NCBI GenBank assembly: GCA_943788985.1
Contig: CALSSJ010000021.1
Location: forward strand, 64,001 to 128,000
Source: an uncultured Lentisphaerales bacterium
GTDB lineage: Bacteria > Verrucomicrobiota > Lentisphaeria > JABSQK01 > UBA12247
Direction: 5' to 3'
DNA length: 64,000 bases
Shown: piece after piece, positions 1-9,193 of the stretch
Layout of the letters: the number at the start of each line of letters is the position of its first letter
How positions within the stretch are numbered: position 1 is the first letter of the stretch
The notes under the pieces: model-generated
What the model was told of the DNA's origin: nothing
Databases searched by the model: none
Seen by the model: the letters and a program-made list of their open reading frames with translations, nothing else
Translations under genes and position numbers: made by a program

Positions 1-1
1 G

Positions 2-76
2 GAGGAGTTCCTCAGCAATGTCTATGCCGTCATCCAGAGCCCATCGCACGCAGACGGCGCCCCCACTGGCCAATAA
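2..76 (+). CDS. 3' tail of a gene entering from the left edge (possibly a men-pathway gene)
   Basis: Open frame EEFLSNVYAVIQSPSHADGAPTGQ* ending TAA upstream of menB; identity cannot be determined. Confidence 0.3.
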   Translation, partial: EEFLSNVYAVIQSPSHADGAPTGQ

Positions 77-155
77 TCCCCGAAACCTGAGGACCTGCTC
101 TCGCTGACGCGTACTAGTACGGCTTCGCAGAACAGAGAACGATCGGAGCTGGAAA

Positions 156-980
156 ATGAGACAGGGATTGGCGTGGCAAGAGGCTGGAGAGTACGAAGAT
201 ATTCTCTACCACACAGGCGAAGGAATCGCCAAAATCACAATTAACCGCCCACACGTGCGCAATGCCTTTCGGCCGCACACTGTGTGTGAGATGTCAGAAG
301 CGCTCCAGATCGCGCGGAACGACGCGGAAATCGGCGTGATCATCCTCACTGGCCAGGGCGAAAAAGCATTTTGCTCCGGCGGCGATCAGAAGATCCGAGG
401 AGATGCTGGGTACAACGACGCAGGCGGCGTAGAGCGCTTGAACGTGCTGGATTTTCAGCGGGAGATTCGCACCTGCCCCAAGCCGATTGTTGCCATGGTC
501 GCAGGGTTCGCTGTCGGCGGGGGGCACGTCCTGCACATGATGTGCGATCTCACAATCGCTGCTGACAACGCAATTTTTGGCCAGACCGGCCCCAAGGTCG
601 GTTCGTTCGACGGCGGCTACGGCGCGTCATACATGGCCCGCATCGTCGGCCAGAAGAAGGCCAGAGAGATCTGGTTTTTGTGCCGGCAATACGACGCCCA
701 GCAGGCATTGGACATGGGGTTAGTCAACATCGTAGTGCCATACGAAGACCTCGAAGTCGAGACCGTGCAATGGTGCCGAGAGATGCTCCAGCACTCCCCC
801 ATCGCCCTGCGCTGTCTTAAGTCCGCGCTGAACGCCGACTGCGATGGCCAGGCGGGGCTACAAGAGCTCGCCGGAAACGCGACAATGCTTTTCTATATGA
901 CAGAGGAAGGGCAAGAGGGCCGAAACTCATTTGTCGAGAAGCGGAAGCCAGACTTCAGCAAGTTCCCGAAACGCCCCTGA
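156..980 (+). CDS. menB: 1,4-dihydroxy-2-naphthoyl-CoA synthase
   Basis: Crotonase-fold motifs [60 protein letters not shown] upstream. Confidence 0.97.
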   Translation: MRQGLAWQEAGEYEDILYHTGEGIAKITINRPHVRNAFRPHTVCEMSEALQIARNDAEIGVIILTGQGEKAFCSGGDQKIRGDAGYNDAGGVERLNVLDFQREIRTCPKPIVAMVAGFAVGGGHVLHMMCDLTIAADNAIFGQTGPKVGSFDGGYGASYMARIVGQKKAREIWFLCRQYDAQQALDMGLVNIVVPYEDLEVETVQWCREMLQHSPIALRCLKSALNADCDGQAGLQELAGNATMLFYMTEEGQEGRNSFVEKRKPDFSKFPKRP

Positions 981-1002
981 AAGGTGCCTGTTCGCAAGCG
1001 AG

Positions 1003-1333
1003 TCTTCAGCGCCTGGTCGGCCACCAAGCGCTTTAATCGCGCATTCTCTTCCTTCAGCTGCTTCAGCTCCCGCACGTCCGACAGTTCCATGCCGCGGTAT
1101 TGCTTGCGCCAGCGATAGAACGTCTGCTCGCCAATGTTGTAGGTGCTGCAGACCTGCACCACGGTTTTCTCGCTATCCACTTCCCGTAAGATCTTCACGA
1201 TCTGTTCCGGCGTGTGCCGCTTTCCCTTGCCTTCAGGCATTTTTTAGTCCTCCTTGAGCTCGGCAAGCCCCGCACCAAGGTAAGTGGCGCCGGACTCACA
1301 TTTCAAGTGGACCTGATTTCTGAGGTCAGGTCA
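1003..1333 (-). mobile_element. Truncated IS3-family element (IS407-like): left IR plus partial orfA, no orfB
   Basis: Minus strand begins TGACCTGACCTCAGAAATCAGGTCC at 1333; AAGGAGG RBS; ORF from 1240 KRHTPEQIVKILRE...TFYRWRKQY.GM...LKQLKEENARLKRLVADQAL, after which similarity stops. Confidence 0.85.
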
Positions 1334-1439
1334 TGCAAACGCCAACCCGTTAGTGAGGCCCGATGCCTTGGTGGCTCGCGCAGACACTCTGGCTACTGCC
1401 ACGTGGTAAGCGCACCTAAAACCGGTCAATTCGGATGGG

Positions 1440-1704
1440 CAGAACTGGGTGCATCTGCTCCACCCGCTTCGTTACACAGACCAAGCACTGCCCGACGCTA
1501 TAGAAACAGGACATCATTGATGTTCACCGCGCCTGTTTCATTCACATCGAGGCCTGCTACCCCATCGATGTTAGTGATGACTGCCTCAATGCCGATCCCC
1601 GGAGTTGGCATTCCTACCGGCAAGACACCCTCCGCCTCTGCACCAAGTCCAAGGACGGCTCATCGGTAGATGAAGATCATGTCATTCAAGGTCGTCGTGG
1701 CGTG
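1440..1704 (-). pseudogene. Remnant of a dockerin-like (duplicated Ca-binding) domain with two in-frame stops
   Basis: Manual translation: TLNDMIFIYR*AVLGL...GLDVNETGAVNINDVLFL*RRAVLGL; stops at 1660-1662 and 1498-1500 in one frame. Confidence 0.6.
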
Positions 1705-1875
1705 ATAGGTTTACAACGAACATTCCTATGCGGGTAAAAATTACAGCAGCGAATATGCCCCATACAGAAATTATTAATTGTTTCAATTAAATGATCCACC
1801 CTGCTCCCCATCTTTTGCCGAATAGGGCAGAATTTCATAGGACGGCCAGAAGAAAAGGAAGGGCAGTCAGAAGGC

Positions 1876-3846
1876 TCAGTCGAAGTCCCAGCTGGTAAAA
1901 TCCCGAGCCGGCCGCCGCTGGGTGTGCGTGCGGGCTGCGGGCAACCGGTGTCGCTTTAGACAGGTCGTGGGCACCGAATGCAGAAACCGGGACGCCTCGT
2001 TGGGCATCTGCTGTTCGTTAAACAAGGGCCAGGTCAGAATCAGCTGCTCCTTGGCCCGGGTGGTGGCGACATACAGCAGCCGCAGATCTTCGTCCAAATC
2101 CTCGCGGGACGTCTGATCACGCCGGATCATCGGCATCACGCCATCATTCACGCGCATGACGAACACGTGCTTCCACTCCAGCCCCTTCGCGGAGTGAATG
2201 GTCGAAATCACAATATCATCCGGGCTGCTGGTGCGCTTCAGCCCGCGCCCATCCGCCCGATCCGGCGGTTCTAGCGCCATGTCTGTGAGAAACTGCTGCA
2301 GATCATCCTGCTGCCCCATCAGCACGGACAACTCGCTGAGATCGCGCTCACGCTTGGGCCAGTCATCAAAGTGCTGCTTCAAGTAGGGCTGATAATGCTC
2401 CAGAATTAGCTGAAACAGCCCACCGACGTCGTTGCGCTCCTTATCCTGCATCAGGGTAAACAGTGCCGCAAGTTCACGCAGTGGCTCCGTCGTGCGCTTG
2501 GAACCGGCAGCGCGCAGAATGTCTAGGTCTAAGGCCCCGTCGAGCCGCCGCGAGATCTTGGTGGCCGCGGCCGGGCCTACCCCATCTAGCAGCAACAGGA
2601 CCCGATGCAGCGAGACCTCGTCGGTCGGGCTGGCAAACACGCGCAGAAAGGCAAGCGCATCTTTAATGTGAGCGCTTTCTGAGAACTTGAACCCGCCGAA
2701 CTTACTGAATGAGATTTTGTGGCGGCTGAGCTCCACCTCCAAGCCATAGGAATTGCGTCCGGAGCGCACCAGCACGGCAATTTCCCCGGGTTCCTCGCCA
2801 GCACGCAGCAGCTGTCGGATTTGGGCGCAGACGAAAAGGTTCTCGCCGCGCTGCTCCGGGGCGGTGATCAACTGCGGGATGATCCCCTCACTCTGGTCCG
2901 TGTGCAGGTCCTTGCGAAAACTCTTGCTCATCTGGTCCAACAGGCAGTTCGAGAGATCCAGAATCGGCTGCGTCGAGCGATAGTTGCGATCGAGCACGAT
3001 TCGTTTCACGCCTTCAAACATGTCCTCGTACTCGAACATGTTCTCGCTGCGCGCACCCCGAAACGCGTAAATACTCTGGGCATCGTCGCCCACCACCATC
3101 ACGTTTCCGGCCTTACCGGCAATCAGCTCCACAATCCGGCCTTGGAGCACATTCGTGTCCTGGTACTCATCGACCATGATATACGGAAAGCGGCGCTGCA
3201 CCAGCACGCGCGCATCCTCATCCAGCTCCAGACAGCGAATCAAAAGCACCAGCAGGTCATCAAAGTCAACCATGCAGTGCTGGCTTTTGTAGGTCGCGTA
3301 TTGCCGCCCTAGAGTCGACATCGCATCCATAGTCGCCAGCAGATGCGGGTACTCTTCGGCGACGATGTCCGGGATCGATTTCTGCTTATTGACTGCCTTG
3401 CTGAGAATACTGGCGATGGTGTTTCGCTTGGGGAAGCTCTTGGGCTCATCCAGCTCCAGCTCCCCCCGCAGCTTGGTAATAATCTGCAGAGAATCTGACT
3501 GATCCAGAATCGTGAAGTTCAGCGACAGATTGATCGAATCGCCAAATTTTCTCAGGCAATTCATGGCGAACGAGTGAAACGTGCCGCCCGACAGCGGCAC
3601 GTCGGACCGGCCGAGCATCTCCATGGCGCGATCGATCATCTCATTGGCGGCTCTTCTGGTAAAGGTGAGCAGCAGCACATTCTGCGGCGGCACCCCGCTT
3701 TGCACCAAATGTACGAGGCGATGAATCAGCGTACGCGTCTTCCCGGTCCCAGCTCCGGCAATCACCAGCGCCGGCCCGTCAATCACACGTACCGCTTCCG
3801 CCTGCTCGGTGTTCAGCCCGGCAAAAACATCAATTGGCTCCATCAT
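1876..3846 (-). CDS. UvrD/Rep/PcrA-family SF1 DNA helicase
   Basis: LNTEQ, AGAGTGKT, LTFTRRAA, TFHS, VDEYQDTN, VGDDAQSIYAFRGA, NYRS, STIHSAKGLEW, RLLYVATTRAK. Confidence 0.95.
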   Translation of the reverse strand: MMEPIDVFAGLNTEQAEAVRVIDGPALVIAGAGTGKTRTLIHRLVHLVQSGVPPQNVLLLTFTRRAANEMIDRAMEMLGRSDVPLSGGTFHSFAMNCLRKFGDSINLSLNFTILDQSDSLQIITKLRGELELDEPKSFPKRNTIASILSKAVNKQKSIPDIVAEEYPHLLATMDAMSTLGRQYATYKSQHCMVDFDDLLVLLIRCLELDEDARVLVQRRFPYIMVDEYQDTNVLQGRIVELIAGKAGNVMVVGDDAQSIYAFRGARSENMFEYEDMFEGVKRIVLDRNYRSTQPILDLSNCLLDQMSKSFRKDLHTDQSEGIIPQLITAPEQRGENLFVCAQIRQLLRAGEEPGEIAVLVRSGRNSYGLEVELSRHKISFSKFGGFKFSESAHIKDALAFLRVFASPTDEVSLHRVLLLLDGVGPAAATKISRRLDGALDLDILRAAGSKRTTEPLRELAALFTLMQDKERNDVGGLFQLILEHYQPYLKQHFDDWPKRERDLSELSVLMGQQDDLQQFLTDMALEPPDRADGRGLKRTSSPDDIVISTIHSAKGLEWKHVFVMRVNDGVMPMIRRDQTSREDLDEDLRLLYVATTRAKEQLILTWPLFNEQQMPNEASRFLHSVPTTCLKRHRLPAARTHTQRRPARDFTSWDFD

Positions 3847-5026
3847 TCCCCCGCTCCCAGTCCTTCCAGCCCTTCGTGCGATGCTCGGTGATGGCGCCGT
3901 CTTTGTCTGTGATCAGCAGCAGCGCCTCACCGCCCAGTTCCGACACGATCGGCAGCACGTCAGGCCCCAGCACTGCCCCGGCGGTGGTGAGGGCGTCCGC
4001 TAAACCGTTGCGACCAGTGAGCGGAAACAGCACGCTGACCGATAGCACGTGCGTATCTACGGGGCGCCCCGTGCGCGGATCGAAAATATGATAGTACGCC
4101 TGATCGCCAATCATCACCGGCTGCCGATAATTTCCACTGGTGGCTAGAGACATACCTTTGAGGCTGGCTTGCAGAGAGGTCCAGATCTTCGTCTCGTCGG
4201 TTGGATGTTGGATCCCCAAGCGATACGGCATGTTACGCTGAGACACTCCAAGGACTCCGGTCTCGCCCCCGACCTGGACAAAGGCGCCAGTGACGCCAGC
4301 CGATTCCAGCATCTTAATCACGTGATCTACGGCCATTCCCTTAATGATCCCACCAAAATCCAGAATCCGCTCCTCGCTCATCAGCACTTGCCGCGCCTCG
4401 TTCCTGCGCCACCTGTCGACCGAAGGAACAGCGTCAACCCAGGCGCTCGCATCGCGATACTCCTGGTCATTCTCGGGTCCCAGATCCGTCTCGCTCGCGG
4501 CACCGCTCACGTCAGCAATGTCCAACTCCTCGGAGCCGGGCATCAAGCCGATCAGCTCGATATCTGAGGGGTCGGCCACCAGGCTAATTTCCTGCATACC
4601 AGTCGCTGCGATGACGCGGGCAATGGCCTCATCCGATGGCGGCTTCCCTTCCTTCGCGGCTTGCTTCCAAACTTGGCGAATCGGCCCGACCGTCACGTCG
4701 AACGCCCCCTCCGTGATGCTGTTCACCATCGCGGACAGGTTGAGTGCGTCCCACATCGGCTCCGACACACGGTGATAGCGCTTGGGTGGTAGAGAGTTCA
4801 GCCGACTCACCTCCGTGCCCAGACGATAGTCGTTAAAGCGATCGTCTACAGACTTCAGGTACTTCCACACCTTGTGAGCCACGGCATCGTCTGCCGGGAA
4901 AAACTTCACTGTCACCGGGATTCCGTAATACATCGGCCGTGTGGCCTCGTACCACTGCGGCAGATCCGTCTGCGTCGGCCCGCAGCCCACCAGCAACAAG
5001 CAGAAAAGCGCCGTCAGCCGCCTCAT
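3830..5026 (-). CDS. apbE: FAD:protein FMN transferase (ApbE), lipoprotein
   Basis: Lipobox LLLVGC; GAFDVTVGP, DFGGIIKG, ATSGNY, YHIFDPRTG, ADALTTA; ATG at 5026 overlaps the trmB stop (ATGA). Confidence 0.9.
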   Translation of the reverse strand: MRRLTALFCLLLVGCGPTQTDLPQWYEATRPMYYGIPVTVKFFPADDAVAHKVWKYLKSVDDRFNDYRLGTEVSRLNSLPPKRYHRVSEPMWDALNLSAMVNSITEGAFDVTVGPIRQVWKQAAKEGKPPSDEAIARVIAATGMQEISLVADPSDIELIGLMPGSEELDIADVSGAASETDLGPENDQEYRDASAWVDAVPSVDRWRRNEARQVLMSEERILDFGGIIKGMAVDHVIKMLESAGVTGAFVQVGGETGVLGVSQRNMPYRLGIQHPTDETKIWTSLQASLKGMSLATSGNYRQPVMIGDQAYYHIFDPRTGRPVDTHVLSVSVLFPLTGRNGLADALTTAGAVLGPDVLPIVSELGGEALLLITDKDGAITEHRTKGWKDWERGNDGAN

Positions 5027-5631
5027 GGCGTCCTCCGTAAGACAATCCGCTGCAGTGACTTTCCCTGCTCTTCCCACCGGCGCTGGAAGTCCGTTTTGAT
5101 GTCTGCGATGTCCGCAATCCCGTCTGGATCCAGCGTCAACTCGGGCAGGCCATCGACGGCTCCCCGAAACCTCTCGAAGTAGGGTGGATCATCGGTAGCT
5201 AGATGCAGTACGCCTCCCGGCCGCAGCTTGGTCGTAATTCGGCCAAGAAACTCGCTGGTGACCAGCCGATTTGCGCGATGTCGCGCTTTTGGCCAAGGGT
5301 CCGGGCAGAGCACGTGAATCCTGTCAAATAATGCGTCCGGCAGATGAAACGCGACAAACTCCCAAGCCTCCGCGCGCAACAGGGCAACGTTGGCCAGCTC
5401 GCGCGCCTCTACCTTTTTGAGCAGGCGTTTAAGTCGTCCAATCATGAGTTCTGCCCCCACCACGGTCCGCTCCGGATATCGCTCGGCCAATTCAAGGAGA
5501 AAGCCGCCCTTGCCGCAGCCCAGGTCTAACTCCACAGCAGCACCTGCCGTGGCCGTAGCGAGCGCGGGTACGTGCGCACAGGCTTCCTGCCAGCCCCTGA
5601 TTGCCCCGGTAAAAATATGAAACTGTGACAT
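5023..5631 (-). CDS. trmB: tRNA (guanine-N7)-methyltransferase
   Basis: LDLGCGKG, PDPWPKARH..RLV, L.PGG.LHLATD, TDFQRR. Confidence 0.92.
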   Translation of the reverse strand: MSQFHIFTGAIRGWQEACAHVPALATATAGAAVELDLGCGKGGFLLELAERYPERTVVGAELMIGRLKRLLKKVEARELANVALLRAEAWEFVAFHLPDALFDRIHVLCPDPWPKARHRANRLVTSEFLGRITTKLRPGGVLHLATDDPPYFERFRGAVDGLPELTLDPDGIADIADIKTDFQRRWEEQGKSLQRIVLRRTP

Positions 5632-5693
5632 GACGCCTTCGCGCTCTACACCGCAAAAACAGCAACCTTACCGCCTTCGCCCGGATTGCACGG

Positions 5694-6406
5694 TCACAAT
5701 TGCTCACTTGCGGGTCGCGGTGTTACTGGCGGTTCCAAATCTCCGAGCGCGCGCTCGGGTGCGAGTTCCGCAAGTACCGCCTCCGCGAGGTTCAAACACT
5801 GCCGACAGCCATCGAGCACAAAGGCGTCGCTCGACACCACCACACAATCAAGCGCCGTCAGCTCTCGAGCCGGGGTATCAACCAGGTCACCCGTCCACCG
5901 CGTACCTTGCGCACGAATCAGCTCCGCTAGCCGGCCGATCCAGCAGCCAGTGCACGCTACTCGCCCCAAACGCATTCAAAACCTCCTTGATCAAGCCCAG
6001 TGCTGCTGCGATCTCCGCAACCGTACGATAGCTGCTATCCACGCTTGCAAGATCGCGAATGCAGCCGCCACAGCCACGCAGCAACAAATCGCCGCCTAGA
6101 ATGCTCTCGACGGAAATCAGCAGGTTAAACAATGCTGCTACTGGCGCAATCCTTCAGCGCCACCCGCTTCTCTCGACGCGCATCGCGTCCCGCTTCGCTA
6201 TAAACCGAGCGCAACAGCGCCTGGCGCTGCCGATTTCGCAGCCGATACCGATCTGCGATCAAGCTAAGCGTCGCGGTAGCCGGATAGCCCCGGCTCAAGA
6301 GCCACGCGTATTCATCAGCTGCCACGCGCAGAGTTTCATGCGCATGCGGACCAAACAGTGCCTCGTCATCAGGGGCTGCACCACGGTGTTTCTTACGCTC
6401 TGACAT
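5694..6406 (-). pseudogene. DUF434-family protein, broken into three frames
   Basis: N-term HRGAAPDD..LF...LR.A..EYAWLLSRGYP...L.LI.DRYRL..RQR; later fragments FNLLISVES, IRDLAS, WLLDRP, GRLAELIR, VVVSSDAFVLD in different frames. Confidence 0.75.
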
Positions 6407-6515
6407 GCCAAATACTACCTTACGCGCCCCATCGGATCACATTATCAACGGGATTGTCCTGCTGCTCCGCCTCAGGATCACTTGCGAAGTTCGCAAACAC
6501 AGCAATCGTAGCAGA

Positions 6516-9095
6516 ATGGAACCAAAAATCGAACAGCTACTCGCGCGAGCCAGAAAAACAGTCTACCTGAATGACTTGCTCGCTTTGCTTGCCCGCCTGC
6601 TGTTCTGGGCCGGGACTGCCCTGCTGCTCGCGGTCGTGCTCGACCACGCGCTGTTTCCGGGTCCGAGCGTCTGCTGGGGCGCATTCGGGATCGTGGTCAT
6701 GGTCCCACTGTCTGTTCTCGTCTGGCAACTCTGCTATCGTGCAGATCGCAAAATGAACCCTGCCTATCTAGCGCAGCAGATTGAGCGAGCGCATCCCGTG
6801 CTGCTCAATGATCTCACCACCTACCTCAGGCACCCAACCCCGGCGCTCGCGGCCCAGATCCTCGCGCATTGCGGTGCCGACACGACCCAGATTCGTGTGC
6901 GGGTGCCAAAGGACGCGGTGCGCTCGACCTGGGGGCTGGCCCTCGTGATATGTTGGCTGGGCTACGGACTCGGCACCCTGCATCCGGTCGGGCACTCGGT
7001 AGCGCGCATCGTATCTCCCTGGCGAGCGCAGGCATTGGGGCCTCCGAGCCAGACCCGCCTAGTGCAAGTCACGCCGGCAGACGGCACCTTCCTCAGCATT
7101 GAAGACGTCTGGTACGTCGAGCTGGAAACCGCGGGCCACGCGCCCACCAAGGGCCACGTCCGCTGGCGGCACGAGCAGGGCGAGTGGCGCAACACCCCCG
7201 TGGAGCATCGTGAAGATGGCAGCTATGGCGCTAAAATGCCTCGCCTAATCGGCACCATTTCTTTCATCTGCTATCTAGGTGATGCCACGTCCGCCCCGCA
7301 CACCGTCCAGACAATCGCGACCCCGATCATCGAGCAGCAACTTGTCCGCTATGAGCTTCCAGCATATCTGGAACAGGCAGCACGCACAGATCGCGCCTAT
7401 GAGATCAGCGGAGTCGTCGGCTCGCGCGTTCACTTCGAGATCCGGACCGACCCGCCATTGGCTTCCGCCGAACTCGTCTGGCTGGGCAAGAAGGAGCAGC
7501 TAAAACGCTCTGAGCGCGTCGTTTCGACCTTCCAGAGCAAACTGCTTACACATACCGGTGATTACTTCTTTCGGCTCTATCCTCACCCAGCAGTCCCCCC
7601 CATAGAAACCCCGCAATTCGCTGTGCGGGTCTATCCGGACCAGCTACCTCGGGTACTGCTGACCAGCCCCACCAATCGTCAATTCCTGCCCGCGAATGGA
7701 CGGCTGGAGGTAGCCTACGAGATCCACGATGACTTCAGCCTCTTGAATGCCAACCTCCGAATTCAACGCTTCGCAGACGACGAAGTCCGAGACTATGTCC
7801 TGGCAGAACGTTCTGTCGGGCCCAAGGTCAAAGGCGAGATCGTTGTGGACCTAGCGGAACTCTCGGCCCGAGAGCACGATCGATTCGTGATCTGGATCGA
7901 AGCCCGCGACGCAAGTCCAGACAACCCGCCCGTGGCCAGCGAAGGCGTCACCATTAGGATCGGCAAACCGGAAGTCGTCGAAGAAGAAATCAGCTACGGC
8001 AAAGTAGTCAAAGACTCAGACCTGAAGCTAGATCTCCTGGCCGGCATTCAAGACGCGCTTGCCAAGCCCGAAGAACCTGAACCAGCGGATAGCTACGAGG
8101 ACGAACGGACGCCTAAGGATGCCAAAACGAAAGAGAAGAAGAAAACGAACCGCAAAGCGCCCAAGAATGAGTGGAACAACAAGAAGGAGAAGAAGAAAAA
8201 AAAGGATGATCGCGAGACCCTGAAGATCCGAAGCAGGATGGATAAGGGTGGCGAAGTAGGTGAGCGTGGGAAGTTCCAGCCAGAAGACCCGGATGCCGAG
8301 GGCGAGGGCGAGATGCCCTCGTCCCCAGACGAGCAGGACGCAGGCCAGTATCTGCCAGACGAAGGCGACGAAGACGGAGAGACCGACGAAGATCGCGAAG
8401 GCAGCGGTAGCGGTAGCGGCAGTGGCGAAGGCAGCGGTAGCGGTAGCGGCAGTGGCGAAGGCAGCGGTAGCGGGGAATTTGGCGGTTCAGGGGACGCAGC
8501 AGGGGGCTCTACGGGCGCTGGGAGCGGCAGCAGCGGTGGTGGCAGTAGTGGCAGCAGCGGTGGTGGTTCTGGAAGTAAGGGCGAAAGCAAGGGAGAGGGT
8601 GAGAAATCCGTCGGTTCAGACGATGGCGCCTCCACGGGTGATGGCGGCGGAAAGGAAGATAAGTCTGGTGGCCATGGCGAGAAGAAGACCGACGCGGAAG
8701 GCGGGGGTCGAGGCGAACGCGGCTCTCCCAGCGAGGATAATGGAGAGAAACCAACCGCTGAGGCCGGACGCGTGTCCAATCCGCAGCGCTTTCGAAGAGA
8801 AGAGCACACCGGGAGACGCGCTATACTGGACGCGGAGAAGAGCAAGAGCGGGAACATCACCGGAATTAGGCTCTCAGATGATGTATTCGACACCAGCTCA
8901 ACCCGGCAGGATCAAATCGCACCAGATTTCGCCAGAGCCGCGATCGACGTAGAGCGCGCTTATGAGGAAAAACAACAGGCAAACACACGGACAGAGCAGA
9001 CCATGCACTTCGAAGGAAACGGATTCTCCGCTTTCGAGCGCGAATTGATCGATCACTACAAGGCCGAAATCCGCCGTTTACGAGAACGGCGTTGA
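6516..9095 (+). CDS. Large membrane-anchored protein with DUF4175-like architecture: N-terminal TMs, Ig-like beta domains, acidic/Gly-Ser-rich tail
   Basis: AQQIERAHPVLLNDL motif after TMs; P.YL, D..P.V.L..P, DDFSL, EARD segments; low-complexity tail; C-term RELIDHY. Confidence 0.6.
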   Translation: MEPKIEQLLARARKTVYLNDLLALLARLLFWAGTALLLAVVLDHALFPGPSVCWGAFGIVVMVPLSVLVWQLCYRADRKMNPAYLAQQIERAHPVLLNDLTTYLRHPTPALAAQILAHCGADTTQIRVRVPKDAVRSTWGLALVICWLGYGLGTLHPVGHSVARIVSPWRAQALGPPSQTRLVQVTPADGTFLSIEDVWYVELETAGHAPTKGHVRWRHEQGEWRNTPVEHREDGSYGAKMPRLIGTISFICYLGDATSAPHTVQTIATPIIEQQLVRYELPAYLEQAARTDRAYEISGVVGSRVHFEIRTDPPLASAELVWLGKKEQLKRSERVVSTFQSKLLTHTGDYFFRLYPHPAVPPIETPQFAVRVYPDQLPRVLLTSPTNRQFLPANGRLEVAYEIHDDFSLLNANLRIQRFADDEVRDYVLAERSVGPKVKGEIVVDLAELSAREHDRFVIWIEARDASPDNPPVASEGVTIRIGKPEVVEEEISYGKVVKDSDLKLDLLAGIQDALAKPEEPEPADSYEDERTPKDAKTKEKKKTNRKAPKNEWNNKKEKKKKKDDRETLKIRSRMDKGGEVGERGKFQPEDPDAEGEGEMPSSPDEQDAGQYLPDEGDEDGETDEDREGSGSGSGSGEGSGSGSGSGEGSGSGEFGGSGDAAGGSTGAGSGSSGGGSSGSSGGGSGSKGESKGEGEKSVGSDDGASTGDGGGKEDKSGGHGEKKTDAEGGGRGERGSPSEDNGEKPTAEAGRVSNPQRFRREEHTGRRAILDAEKSKSGNITGIRLSDDVFDTSSTRQDQIAPDFARAAIDVERAYEEKQQANTRTEQTMHFEGNGFSAFERELIDHYKAEIRRLRERR
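8395..8473 (+). repeat. 30-bp tandem repeat (~2.6 copies) encoding EGSGSGSGSG
   Basis: GCGAAGGCAGCGGTAGCGGTAGCGGCAGTG repeated exactly. Confidence 0.9.
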
Positions 9096-9193
9096 TCTCG
9101 CAGACGCTGTGCTAAACGGAGAATTAGTAGAATCGATTTCCATTTCTGGATTTCGCTTCCAGTTTGCGGTTTTCATAACCCGGAGACGCCACG

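Noticed and set aside
893..1002. IS orfA extending into menB
   Set aside because: Read-through past the truncation point; no transposase similarity after DQAL
1498..1662. Selenocysteine/pyrrolysine or alternative-code read-through of in-frame stops
   Set aside because: Mixed TGA/TAG/TAA stops occur only in degraded fragments; intact genes terminate with all three codons
1876..3846. UvrD helicase as part of a defence system (e.g. Gabija)
   Set aside because: Full-length housekeeping-type helicase with no adjacent nuclease or ATPase partner
8395..8570. CRISPR-like or non-coding repeat
   Set aside because: Contiguous in-frame Gly/Ser codon repeat with no spacers and no cas genes
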